NCBI GenBank assembly: GCA_034408725.1
Contig: JAWXCN010000188.1
Location: 1-14,155, forward strand
Source of the DNA: Candidatus Hydrogenedentota bacterium
GTDB taxonomy: Bacteria; Hydrogenedentota; Hydrogenedentia; Hydrogenedentales; SLHB01
DNA length: 14,155 nucleotides
Direction: 5' to 3'
Position numbers and translations under genes: made by a program. Under the pieces are notes generated by a model. The model saw only the letters and a list, made by a program, of their open reading frames with translations. It was not told the origin of the DNA and searched no databases. Shown piece after piece: positions 1 to 7,526 of the stretch. Within the stretch, counting starts at the first letter, position 1, and every line of letters starts with the position of its first letter.

Positions 1-267
1 CCCAAGGGGTGGCGGGTGCTCCAGGACCAGGGTATGGCCGCGGCGGAAGTGGCTGTGTTGACGATGATGCGCGAAGGTGAGCACGAGGCCACGCCAGAGT
101 GGGACCAGCTTGCCGAGGCGATGAAGAAAGCCGGAATGGCCCTTTCGGATGCGGCGGCAAAGAAGGATTTTCCGGCAGTGCAGGCGCAGGTGACGGCGAT
201 CATCCAGTCGTGCAATACCTGCCACCAGAAGTTCGAACCCGAAACCGCGCCGGAAATTTTACCCTAA
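1..267 (+). CDS. C-terminal part of a cytochrome c'-like (class II, four-helix bundle) c-type cytochrome; 5'-truncated by the window edge
   Basis: Frame +1 is open from base 1 (PKGWRVLQDQGM...) to TAA at 265-267. The Ala-rich helical sequence has a single CxxCH heme motif (CNTCH, 211-225) close to the C-terminus, preceded by 'LSDAAAKKDFPAVQAQVTAIIQS', the typical class II cytochrome c layout. Confidence 0.7.
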   Translation, partial: PKGWRVLQDQGMAAAEVAVLTMMREGEHEATPEWDQLAEAMKKAGMALSDAAAKKDFPAVQAQVTAIIQSCNTCHQKFEPETAPEILP

Positions 268-333
268 CGGAGCGGCAGGCGCGCTGTTGCGTGCAGTTTG
301 GGCGTTTCTTCGAACTCAGCAATCCAACAGAGT

Positions 334-381
334 GGGCTTCGACCGGCGTCGCACCGGCGCTTGGCGAAGCCCGTATTTTTT
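334..381 (+). terminator. Probable intrinsic (rho-independent) terminator downstream of the cytochrome gene
   Basis: GGGCTTCG (334-341) pairs with CGAAGCCC (365-372). The interior extends the stem with G-U pairs (CCGGCGTCG/CGGCGCTTGG), and it is followed by GTATTTTTT (T6 at 376-381). Confidence 0.6.
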
Positions 382-383
382 GA

Positions 384-409
384 CGCTCGCGCGAGAACCA
401 GCGCGAGCG
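384..409. repeat. Perfect 9-bp GC-rich inverted repeat (hairpin, 8-nt loop)
   Basis: CGCTCGCGC (384-392) - GAGAACCA - GCGCGAGCG (401-409). Confidence 0.7.
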
Positions 410-422
410 CCAATTCCAAACA

Positions 423-451
423 TTGACCGTTTTTTCCCCGCTTGCTAAGAT
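423..451 (+). promoter_or_regulatory. Sigma70-type promoter with extended -10 upstream of hpf
   Basis: TTGACC (423-428), a 17-nt spacer, TG at 443-444 and TAAGAT (446-451). The -10 ends about 40 nt upstream of the hpf start codon. Confidence 0.7.
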
Positions 452-479
452 CGTGATTGGCGCTACTTTAATTTTGATC

Positions 480-485
480 GGAGGT
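480..485 (+). promoter_or_regulatory. Shine-Dalgarno sequence of hpf
   Basis: GGAGGT 8 nt upstream of ATG 494. Confidence 0.8.
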
Positions 486-493
486 AACTCGCA

Positions 494-1039
494 ATGCGTG
501 TATCCATCGCAGCGCGGCATCTGGACATGACGGATGCCATGCGAACTCATGTAGAATCCCAACTCGACAAAGTGCGGCACCATTTTGATCGGGTGATCGA
601 CGTCGATGTCGTGCTCAGTGTCGAGAAACACCGGCACACGGCCGACATCACACTTCATGCCAACGGCGTGCGCATCCACGGCAAAGACACTTCGAGCGAC
701 ATGTACGTATCGGTAGACACCGTCGTCGACAAAATTGACCGTCAGATACTGCGGTTCAAAGGCCGGAACCACCGCTACCAACCGCGCAAAGGGAAGTTGG
801 GGGAGGTTTCTGAACTCGAGCAGGCCGACGTCGCCGCCGCGGACGTTGCTGAACCGGCTGCGCGCAGGATCGTTCGCGAACCGATTTCGGTCAAACCGAT
901 GAGCGTGGACGAAGCGGCCATGCAGCTTGAGTTGCGCAACGACGCGTTCCTGGTATTCCGCAACGCGGACACGCAGGAAGTGAACGTGATCTACGGTAAA
1001 CACGACGGAACGGTCGCGCTGGTGGAACCCGAGAAATAG
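494..1039 (+). CDS. hpf: Ribosome hibernation promoting factor, long form (HPF/RaiA/YvyD family)
   Basis: N-terminal S30AE domain (IAARHLDMTDAMRTHVESQLDK...DMYVSVDTVVDKIDRQI) plus the C-terminal dimerisation domain (KPMSVDEAAMQLE...FLVFRNADTQEVNVIY). 181 aa, strong SD. Confidence 0.95.
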   Translation: MRVSIAARHLDMTDAMRTHVESQLDKVRHHFDRVIDVDVVLSVEKHRHTADITLHANGVRIHGKDTSSDMYVSVDTVVDKIDRQILRFKGRNHRYQPRKGKLGEVSELEQADVAAADVAEPAARRIVREPISVKPMSVDEAAMQLELRNDAFLVFRNADTQEVNVIYGKHDGTVALVEPEK

Positions 1040-1100
1040 CATCAACGTGTCACGCGCACAATGCGGCCTGTGGTTTATCAGCGCCGCCGCGGGGTAACAG

Positions 1101-2069
1101 ATGGACACACAAAGCCTTCCGGTAAACCGGAAGAGCAGCATCGCCATTGCGCGCCTGCTGGATGAAATGGCGGACGACCTCGAACTCGAAGTCGTCGCCG
1201 GTTTCCAGGGCATTGGCCGGCCCGTCTATGTCCAGGACATCAACCGCCCTGGCCTCGCCATCGGCGGCTACCTCGACTATTTTGCGAGCGATCGTGTGCA
1301 GATTCTGGGCAACACCGAAATCCATTATATGGAACAGCTCTCGCCATCGGCGTTGCAGCACCGTTTCGAGAGCATGTTTTCGTTTGAGATTCCGGCGTTT
1401 GTGTTGTCGCGCAATTTGATGCCGAGCAACATCGTGCTCGATCTCTGCAACCGCAGGGGCATTCCCGTGCTGCGCAGCCGCCGCTCGACGGATGAAGTCA
1501 TCAGTCGCATTATTCTATTTCTGGCCGAAGAGTTTTCGCCGGAAACGATTGTCCACGGCACCGTGGTTGATTGTTATGGCGTGGGGTGTTTGATTGTGGG
1601 CGCGCCCGGCGTGGGTAAAAGTGAAACTGCGCTGGAACTTGTTGAGCGCGGGCATCGTCTGGTTGCCGATGACGTGGTTGCGTTAAAGCGCCGGCGTGAA
1701 GATTCGTTGTACGCCGAATCCTCGCCGGTGATCGAACATCACATGGAAATTCGCGGAATCGGGATTATTGATATCAAGAGCGTCTACGGCGTCGGGCGCG
1801 TGCGCAATTCCAAGCGTATCGGAATGCTGATCGAGCTCGAAGAGTGGAGCAAGGAATCCCAGTACGACCGTACCGGCCTTTCCGACGAATATATGACAAT
1901 CCTCGGCGTGCGAATTCCGTACCTGTTGATTCCGGTGCGGCCTGGTCGAAACATTGCGATTATTCTCGAAGTTGCCGCGCTCAACCATCGTTTGAAAGAA
2001 TTGGGAATCCACCCTGCGCAGGAGTTGAATCAACGTCTTCTGACGCTCATGACGGATACGGACGGCTGA
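1101..2069 (+). CDS. hprK: HPr kinase/phosphorylase (full length)
   Basis: N-domain motif INRPGLAIGGY...RVQILG, Walker A GAPGVGKSETALELVERGHRLVADD, signature MEIRGIGII, and PVRPGRNIAIILEVAA. Confidence 0.97.
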   Translation: MDTQSLPVNRKSSIAIARLLDEMADDLELEVVAGFQGIGRPVYVQDINRPGLAIGGYLDYFASDRVQILGNTEIHYMEQLSPSALQHRFESMFSFEIPAFVLSRNLMPSNIVLDLCNRRGIPVLRSRRSTDEVISRIILFLAEEFSPETIVHGTVVDCYGVGCLIVGAPGVGKSETALELVERGHRLVADDVVALKRRREDSLYAESSPVIEHHMEIRGIGIIDIKSVYGVGRVRNSKRIGMLIELEEWSKESQYDRTGLSDEYMTILGVRIPYLLIPVRPGRNIAIILEVAALNHRLKELGIHPAQELNQRLLTLMTDTDG

Positions 2070-2146
2070 CGCCGCTCGCGCCTCCGTTGTCATTGTAAAC
2101 CAGCCTGAAATAAGCACTTATATGCTCAGTTCCGGCCAGCGGCCTT

Positions 2147-2176
2147 TTGCATCCCAGTGCCGCTATGCAGTACGAT
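2147..2176 (+). promoter_or_regulatory. Possible internal sigma70-type promoter for ptsH-ptsI-dxr-rseP
   Basis: TTGCAT (2147-2152), an 18-nt spacer and TACGAT (2171-2176), within the 212-bp hprK-ptsH intergenic region. Confidence 0.4.
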
Positions 2177-2281
2177 ACACAGCTTGCCAACCGGGCATGG
2201 CGATTGACCACGAGGCTTGCGAACCGCCGCGTTTTTTGAGTCAACGGCAGTTTCGCTTTTCCAGACGTTAGATTGGGAGCG

Positions 2282-2551
2282 ATGGAACACACGGAAGAAA
2301 TGCAAATCATCAACGCGCTCGGCCTGCACGCCCGACCCGCGGCGTCACTGGTGCAGACGGTGTTGAAATTCAAATGCGACGTTTATATTTCGTTGAATAG
2401 TCATCGTGTGAATGCGAAGAGCATCATGGGACTGCTGACACTCGCGGCGGCGCACGGCAGCACCATGATCGTGACATGCACCGGATCAGACGCCGAGGAG
2501 GCCCTGTGCGCTGTCCGTGACCTTGTCCAGTCCGGATTTGGTGAAATGTAG
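2282..2551 (+). CDS. ptsH: Phosphocarrier protein HPr
   Basis: GLHARPAA (His15 site) and [11 protein letters not shown] (Ser46 site, the HprK target). ATG 2282 gives a typical 89-aa HPr and is preferred over TTG 2273. Confidence 0.95.
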   Translation: MEHTEEMQIINALGLHARPAASLVQTVLKFKCDVYISLNSHRVNAKSIMGLLTLAAAHGSTMIVTCTGSDAEEALCAVRDLVQSGFGEM

Positions 2552-4332
2552 TGGAGATCGTCTTGCATGGAGAGGGCGTATCGCCCGGGATTGCAATCGG
2601 TCCAGCGTTGTCCTTTGGGGTAAAGACTTTCGATGTCTCGCGCTACGCAGTGACCGATGCAGAGGCCGAACTGCGGCGGTTCGAGAAAGCCGTTACCGCG
2701 GTGCGCGGCGAATTGCAAAAACTCCATGCAAGGACAGCGGAAGCCATTGGCGAATACCATGCGGACATATTCAAGGCGCATTTGCTGTTGCTGGATGACG
2801 TGGCATTGCGCGAAGAAGTCGAGCGCCGGGTCTGTACCGAGCGGGTTAACCCGGAATATGTGGTGCATGACGTGATAGTGCGTTACAGGGCGATCATAGA
2901 AACGGTGGACGATCCGGTGTTCCGCGAGCGGTCGCAGGATTTTGTAGACGTTGGCAATCGTGTATTGGGGCGTTTACTGAACGCCGATCTCGATACGCTC
3001 GAAGACCTGGACAATCCTTGCATCGTCGTGACCCACGAATTGTCTCCGTCGGACGCCGCGAAGCTTGACCGTGAAAACGTATTGGGTATTGCGACAGACG
3101 TCGGCGGTCCCACGTCTCACACCGCGATACTTGCCCGCGCATTCGAGATACCCGCGGTCGTGGGGCTTCGCTTCGTTGCGTCCTATGCATTGCCGAACGA
3201 TGTCATTGTGTTGGATGGCACCAACGGCGACGTTATCATCAGGCCGACGCCAGAAACGCTTGCGCAATACGAAGCGAGAAGAGAGCGCGAAACGCGCGGG
3301 CGAGCGGCGCTGTTGGCCGCGGAGTGGCGTCCGAGCGTGACAGTAGACGGTCACGAAGTGCCGACCATGGCCAACATTGAACTGCGCGAAGAACTGTCGG
3401 TCAGCCTGCGCATGAAGGCCCAGGGCATTGGCTTGTATCGTACCGAGTACCTTTTTTTGAATCGCAATGGCATGCCTTCCGAGGAAGAGCAATACGAGGC
3501 CTATTCCGAAGCAGCCCAGGCCATGAACCCGGCATCGGTGACCTTGCGCACGCTGGACATCGGCGGCGACAAATTGATGCCGTCATTGCAGTCCACTCCG
3601 GAAGCGAACCCGCAGTTGGGTTGGCGGTCCGTCCGGGTTTGCCTGGAGCGGCCCGACATTTTCTCCGCTCAACTGCGCGCAATGATCCGGGCGAGCGTGC
3701 ACGGCAACGTACAGATCATGTTTCCCCTGATTAGCGGCATGGAAGAATTGAGGCGGGTGAAACAGACGGTGCGCGAAGTATACGCGGATTTGGAAAGCCG
3801 TGGCGTGCCGTTCAAGAAGGACATTCCTATCGGCACCATGATTGAAGTGCCGAGCGCGGTTGAACTGGCGGACCTGCTCGCGAAAGAGTGCGACTTCTTT
3901 AGCATCGGCACAAACGACCTGATTCAATATTCCCTTGCGGTTGACCGCGGCAACGAGCGCATCGCGCACATGTACGAGCCGTGCCATCCCGCCGTGCTGC
4001 GCATGATCTGGCGCACGGCGCGCGCGGCGAAAGCGGCCAAGATTCCCGTCAGCGTGTGCGGCGAGATGGCGGGCGATCCGTTGTTCAGCGAAGTCCTGAT
4101 TGGGCTGGGCATAACTTCTTTGAGCATGTCGGCGGTTTCGATTCCGCAGGTCCGGGCAGAGGTATCGTACGTCCGGTATTCGCTGGCGCGGAAGTTTGCC
4201 GTGCGGATGTTGCGCACGCCAACATGCATCGATATTCGCGACCACATGCAGCGCCGTACCAAACAACGCAAAGCACTGGGCGCATACCTGGAAGTCTTCT
4301 CGGACGACGAACCCGTCAAGGCGCGACGATGA
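2551..4332 (+). CDS. ptsI: PEP-protein phosphotransferase (PTS Enzyme I), with no N-terminal GAF domain
   Basis: Motifs [21 protein letters not shown] (phospho-His), [30 protein letters not shown] and VCGEMAGDP (catalytic Cys). The GTG start overlaps the ptsH stop (TAGTG). Confidence 0.97.
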   Translation: MEIVLHGEGVSPGIAIGPALSFGVKTFDVSRYAVTDAEAELRRFEKAVTAVRGELQKLHARTAEAIGEYHADIFKAHLLLLDDVALREEVERRVCTERVNPEYVVHDVIVRYRAIIETVDDPVFRERSQDFVDVGNRVLGRLLNADLDTLEDLDNPCIVVTHELSPSDAAKLDRENVLGIATDVGGPTSHTAILARAFEIPAVVGLRFVASYALPNDVIVLDGTNGDVIIRPTPETLAQYEARRERETRGRAALLAAEWRPSVTVDGHEVPTMANIELREELSVSLRMKAQGIGLYRTEYLFLNRNGMPSEEEQYEAYSEAAQAMNPASVTLRTLDIGGDKLMPSLQSTPEANPQLGWRSVRVCLERPDIFSAQLRAMIRASVHGNVQIMFPLISGMEELRRVKQTVREVYADLESRGVPFKKDIPIGTMIEVPSAVELADLLAKECDFFSIGTNDLIQYSLAVDRGNERIAHMYEPCHPAVLRMIWRTARAAKAAKIPVSVCGEMAGDPLFSEVLIGLGITSLSMSAVSIPQVRAEVSYVRYSLARKFAVRMLRTPTCIDIRDHMQRRTKQRKALGAYLEVFSDDEPVKARR

Positions 4333-5489
4333 CCATGCGGCGGCAGGTGACGATACTCGGCTCGACTGGTTCAATTGGCAAGAGCGCGTTGGATGTCGTG
4401 CGCCATTATCCAGATAGGTTTGACGTCGTCGGGCTCGCGGCGCACTCGAACGTGGAACTCCTGGCCAAGCAGGTGCGTGAGTTCAAACCGGAACACGTCG
4501 CGGTGGCCGACGCGGAGGCGGGGCTGCGCCTCGCATCGCTGTTGCCCGGCACGCACGTTGCCGCTGGCGCAGGAGCGCTCGAATCGATTGCCGCGGCCCC
4601 GGCGGATATTGTCTTGTGCGGCATGGTTGGCGCGTGCGGTTTGCGCCCCGTGTTGAGCGCCATAGATGCGGGAAACGCAATCGCGTTGGCAAACAAGGAA
4701 CCGCTGGTCATGGCGGGCGCGCTGATTATGGAGCGCGCAAAGGCAAACGGTGTGCGCGTGATTCCTGTTGATAGCGAGCACAACGCGATCTTTCAATGTC
4801 TGCACGGCCACCGCATCGAGGACGTGCGCTGCATTCATCTCACTGCGTCCGGCGGACCGTTTTACGGACGTCCCCGGGAATCGCTCGCCGGTGTGACACC
4901 CGGCCAGGCGACACGCCATCCCACGTGGGACATGGGCGCGAAGATCAGCGTTGATTCCGCGACGTTGATGAACAAAGGCCTCGAGGTCGTCGAAGCCATG
5001 TGGTTGTTCGGATTGCCACTCGAGAAAATCGAAGTGGTCATCCACCCGCAGAGTATTGTGCATAGTCTGGTCGAATTTACCGATGGCAGCATCCTCGCGC
5101 ATCTCGGCCCAACGAACATGAAATTTCCGATTCAGTACGCGTTGACCTGGCCGGACCGCGTGCCGGAGCCGATGGGCCGGCTCGACTTGACGGCAATGCG
5201 GGAGCTAACATTCGCGAAACCCGATTTTAGCGAGTTCCCCTGTCTTGCGTATGCACTTGAAGCGGCACGGACCGGAGGTACTGCGCCAGCGATTCTTAAC
5301 GCCGCGAACGAATGCGCCGTGGAAGCGTTTTGTAACGGAAGTATTGATTTCCTGCGCATCAGCGATGTGGTGCGTGAGGTATTGGACGATTGCGAGGCGT
5401 CGCCCGATGTGACGCTGGAAACTGTGTTGGACGCCGACCGGGCCGCGCGCGCGCGGGCCGGTCACGTCATGGCAGGTCTTGGAGTATAA
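4329..5489 (+). CDS. dxr: 1-deoxy-D-xylulose 5-phosphate reductoisomerase (MEP pathway)
   Basis: Motifs [56 protein letters not shown] and LNAANE. The start is ATG 4329, overlapping the ptsI stop (ATGA), or ATG 4335, rather than the ORF-track start at 3981. Confidence 0.97.
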   Translation: MTMRRQVTILGSTGSIGKSALDVVRHYPDRFDVVGLAAHSNVELLAKQVREFKPEHVAVADAEAGLRLASLLPGTHVAAGAGALESIAAAPADIVLCGMVGACGLRPVLSAIDAGNAIALANKEPLVMAGALIMERAKANGVRVIPVDSEHNAIFQCLHGHRIEDVRCIHLTASGGPFYGRPRESLAGVTPGQATRHPTWDMGAKISVDSATLMNKGLEVVEAMWLFGLPLEKIEVVIHPQSIVHSLVEFTDGSILAHLGPTNMKFPIQYALTWPDRVPEPMGRLDLTAMRELTFAKPDFSEFPCLAYALEAARTGGTAPAILNAANECAVEAFCNGSIDFLRISDVVREVLDDCEASPDVTLETVLDADRAARARAGHVMAGLGV

Positions 5490-5492
5490 GCT

Positions 5493-7463
5493 GTGAGCTA
5501 TTTATTTGATATCGCCATTTTCATTTTGGTGCTCGGCGAACTCGTATTTTTTCACGAGCTCGGACACTTTCTTGCGGCTAAAGCCTGCGGGATTTATTGC
5601 GAACGGTTCAGCCTCGGCATGCCGCCGCGCTTGTTCGGATTCAAATTCGGAGAAACCGACTACTGCGTTGGAATGCTTCCGATCGGAGGATACGTGAAAA
5701 TGGCGGGACAGGAAGACGTCCCGTTGAGCGACGACGAGCGGAAGGACCAGTACGGTAGCATTCCTCCCGAGCGCTGGTTCATGAACAAGCCCGTTTGGCA
5801 ACGCGTGATCGTGATCGCCGCGGGCCCGTTTATGAACATTGTGCTCGCGATCATGATCTACGCGACGCTTGTGGGCTTTGGCGCCGAATTCCCGGAGCAG
5901 AAACACGATAACCGGATTGGCTACGTGGAGGAAAAATCACCCGCGGCCACCGCGCCCCTGTTTGTGCAATCAGCACCCGGCGCCGCGATCAATTTCACTG
6001 CCACGCCCGACGAGACGGGATGGAAACCAGGTGATCGTATTCTCGCAATTGATGAGAACCCGGTCTCCAATATCATGGAAGTTGCGATAGAAGGCGTGCT
6101 CAGCGGTGGTGCTCTTGTTGTGGCGTCCATTGAGCGCACGAATCAGGATGGAACAACGCCCCGGTACCTTTCGCCGATTCAACCCCGCATGCTGGAGGAC
6201 AGCGAGCACGTGCGGTTGGGTATCGAAGCGTTCAGTACCGCTCTCGTGAAAAACGTGCTTGAAGATATGCCCGCCAAGAGCGCGGGCATCCGGGAAGGCG
6301 ATATTATTGAGCGCGTAAATGGCCAGGTGGTTGACAGCAGCACCTTTCGCGAGTTGGTTTCGAGCGCGGCCCCGGGTGAACAGGTACAGACGGAAATTTT
6401 GAGGGATGGTTCGCGCATCACCGTGGCGCTAACGCCCCGTACGGTCGGCGGCTTTGATGAAATTATTGTTCTCCCGCGGCCGGATTGGGACGATTACATC
6501 GATTACACACAACCGGTAACTGTTCAGGAAGAGGATACCTCGAAACTTACCGGGACAGGTTTCCAGACTGGCGACATCGTAGTTTCTGTCAATGGGGAAA
6601 AACCGGGGGCGGCTGTCATTAAGAACCTGATGTCCCAGCCCGATACCGCAAAGTTACAGGTCGTGATCGAACGCCGGGGCTTATGGGGTTACGGCGCGGC
6701 TATCCAGCTAACGCTGCCTGACGTGGAAACAAAACAGTTTCTGCAAGCAATTACTGCGTTCGACATTGACATGCCACCCACGGTTGCGAGCATCTCATCA
6801 GAGCAAAGCAAGGCGACGGGGCTGGAGACGAAAGACATTATCGAAGAAGTCGATGGAAAACCCGCAACTCTTGCATTGCTTCGGGAAACGTTGAACACCC
6901 GCATCGGACAAACAGTTTCGGTCAAGGTACGCAAGCCCGCGATCGGATACGGCGTAATGCGAAGCGAATCCGCCAAGGACGCAACGCTCGCGATCACGAG
7001 TTCGGGCATGGTCGGTATTCAGTGGGACCAGCAGAAAGCTTTTTATCGCGCGCCAGTCGGACAAATCTTTCCGCAAGCCATGCGCGAGACGTGGAAAATG
7101 ATGAAGCTGACGGTGCGTACTTTGCAAACCTTGATCAGCGGGCGGATAAGCGCAAAAGAGTTGGGCGGCCCGATCATGATCTACCAGGCGACAACGAATG
7201 CCGCAAAGTTCAGCGGGTACGTAGGTCTGATGGAGACGACGGCGTTTATCAGCGTGAACCTCGCGATTTTTAACCTGCTTCCGTTGCCCGTGCTGGATGG
7301 CGGCCACCTGCTGTTTCTCACGATAGAAAGTATCCGGCGGAAACCAGTCAGCGCGAAGGTGATGGAATGGGTGCAACAAGCCGGGCTTGTTTTTATCATC
7401 GGCCTAATGCTGTTTGTAACTTACAATGATATCCGGCGCTGGTTCGAGAGCTTGATTCCGTAG
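5493..7463 (+). CDS. rseP: RIP (site-2) zinc metalloprotease RseP with an expanded multi-PDZ region
   Basis: Motifs FFHELGHF (HExxH), LPIGGYVKM, AGPFMN, LGGPIMI and NLLPLPVLDGGHL, in the canonical position after dxr. 656 aa with four GxxxGD-I-like PDZ signatures. Confidence 0.93.
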   Translation: MSYLFDIAIFILVLGELVFFHELGHFLAAKACGIYCERFSLGMPPRLFGFKFGETDYCVGMLPIGGYVKMAGQEDVPLSDDERKDQYGSIPPERWFMNKPVWQRVIVIAAGPFMNIVLAIMIYATLVGFGAEFPEQKHDNRIGYVEEKSPAATAPLFVQSAPGAAINFTATPDETGWKPGDRILAIDENPVSNIMEVAIEGVLSGGALVVASIERTNQDGTTPRYLSPIQPRMLEDSEHVRLGIEAFSTALVKNVLEDMPAKSAGIREGDIIERVNGQVVDSSTFRELVSSAAPGEQVQTEILRDGSRITVALTPRTVGGFDEIIVLPRPDWDDYIDYTQPVTVQEEDTSKLTGTGFQTGDIVVSVNGEKPGAAVIKNLMSQPDTAKLQVVIERRGLWGYGAAIQLTLPDVETKQFLQAITAFDIDMPPTVASISSEQSKATGLETKDIIEEVDGKPATLALLRETLNTRIGQTVSVKVRKPAIGYGVMRSESAKDATLAITSSGMVGIQWDQQKAFYRAPVGQIFPQAMRETWKMMKLTVRTLQTLISGRISAKELGGPIMIYQATTNAAKFSGYVGLMETTAFISVNLAIFNLLPLPVLDGGHLLFLTIESIRRKPVSAKVMEWVQQAGLVFIIGLMLFVTYNDIRRWFESLIP

Positions 7464-7526
7464 CGGCGAGGGTGCGAGAGCGGGAACTGGGCGCGGCTGC
7501 GCCTTTGGTAGGAGAGCGGAAGAGGC

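Noticed and set aside
200-1213. 337-aa minus-strand ORF
   Set aside because: It lies antisense across hpf, the promoter region and parts of two other genes, with no recognisable motifs. This is a typical shadow ORF in GC-rich DNA.
268-2281. Sigma54 (-24/-12) promoter or CcpA cre site near hpf/ptsH
   Set aside because: No TGGCAC-N5-TTGC with correct spacing and no convincing TGWAANCGNTNWCA match was found in the intergenic regions.
3981-4328. 116-aa N-terminal extension of DXR in the ORF track
   Set aside because: It overlaps the conserved 3' end of ptsI in another frame and is Arg/Gly-rich with no motifs. DXR homology begins at [17 protein letters not shown], with an ATGA overlap at 4329.
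3583-5102. Long antisense ORFs (3583-4374 and 4371-5102; similarly 12489-13136 and 6798-7379)
   Set aside because: They mirror well-supported + strand genes and have no independent motifs; codon-bias shadows explain them.
7464-7526. Possible lysine riboswitch or attenuator before lysC
   Set aside because: The gap is only 63 nt, too short for a lysine riboswitch. The GGCGC/GCGCC stem followed by TTT is too weak to call a terminator.
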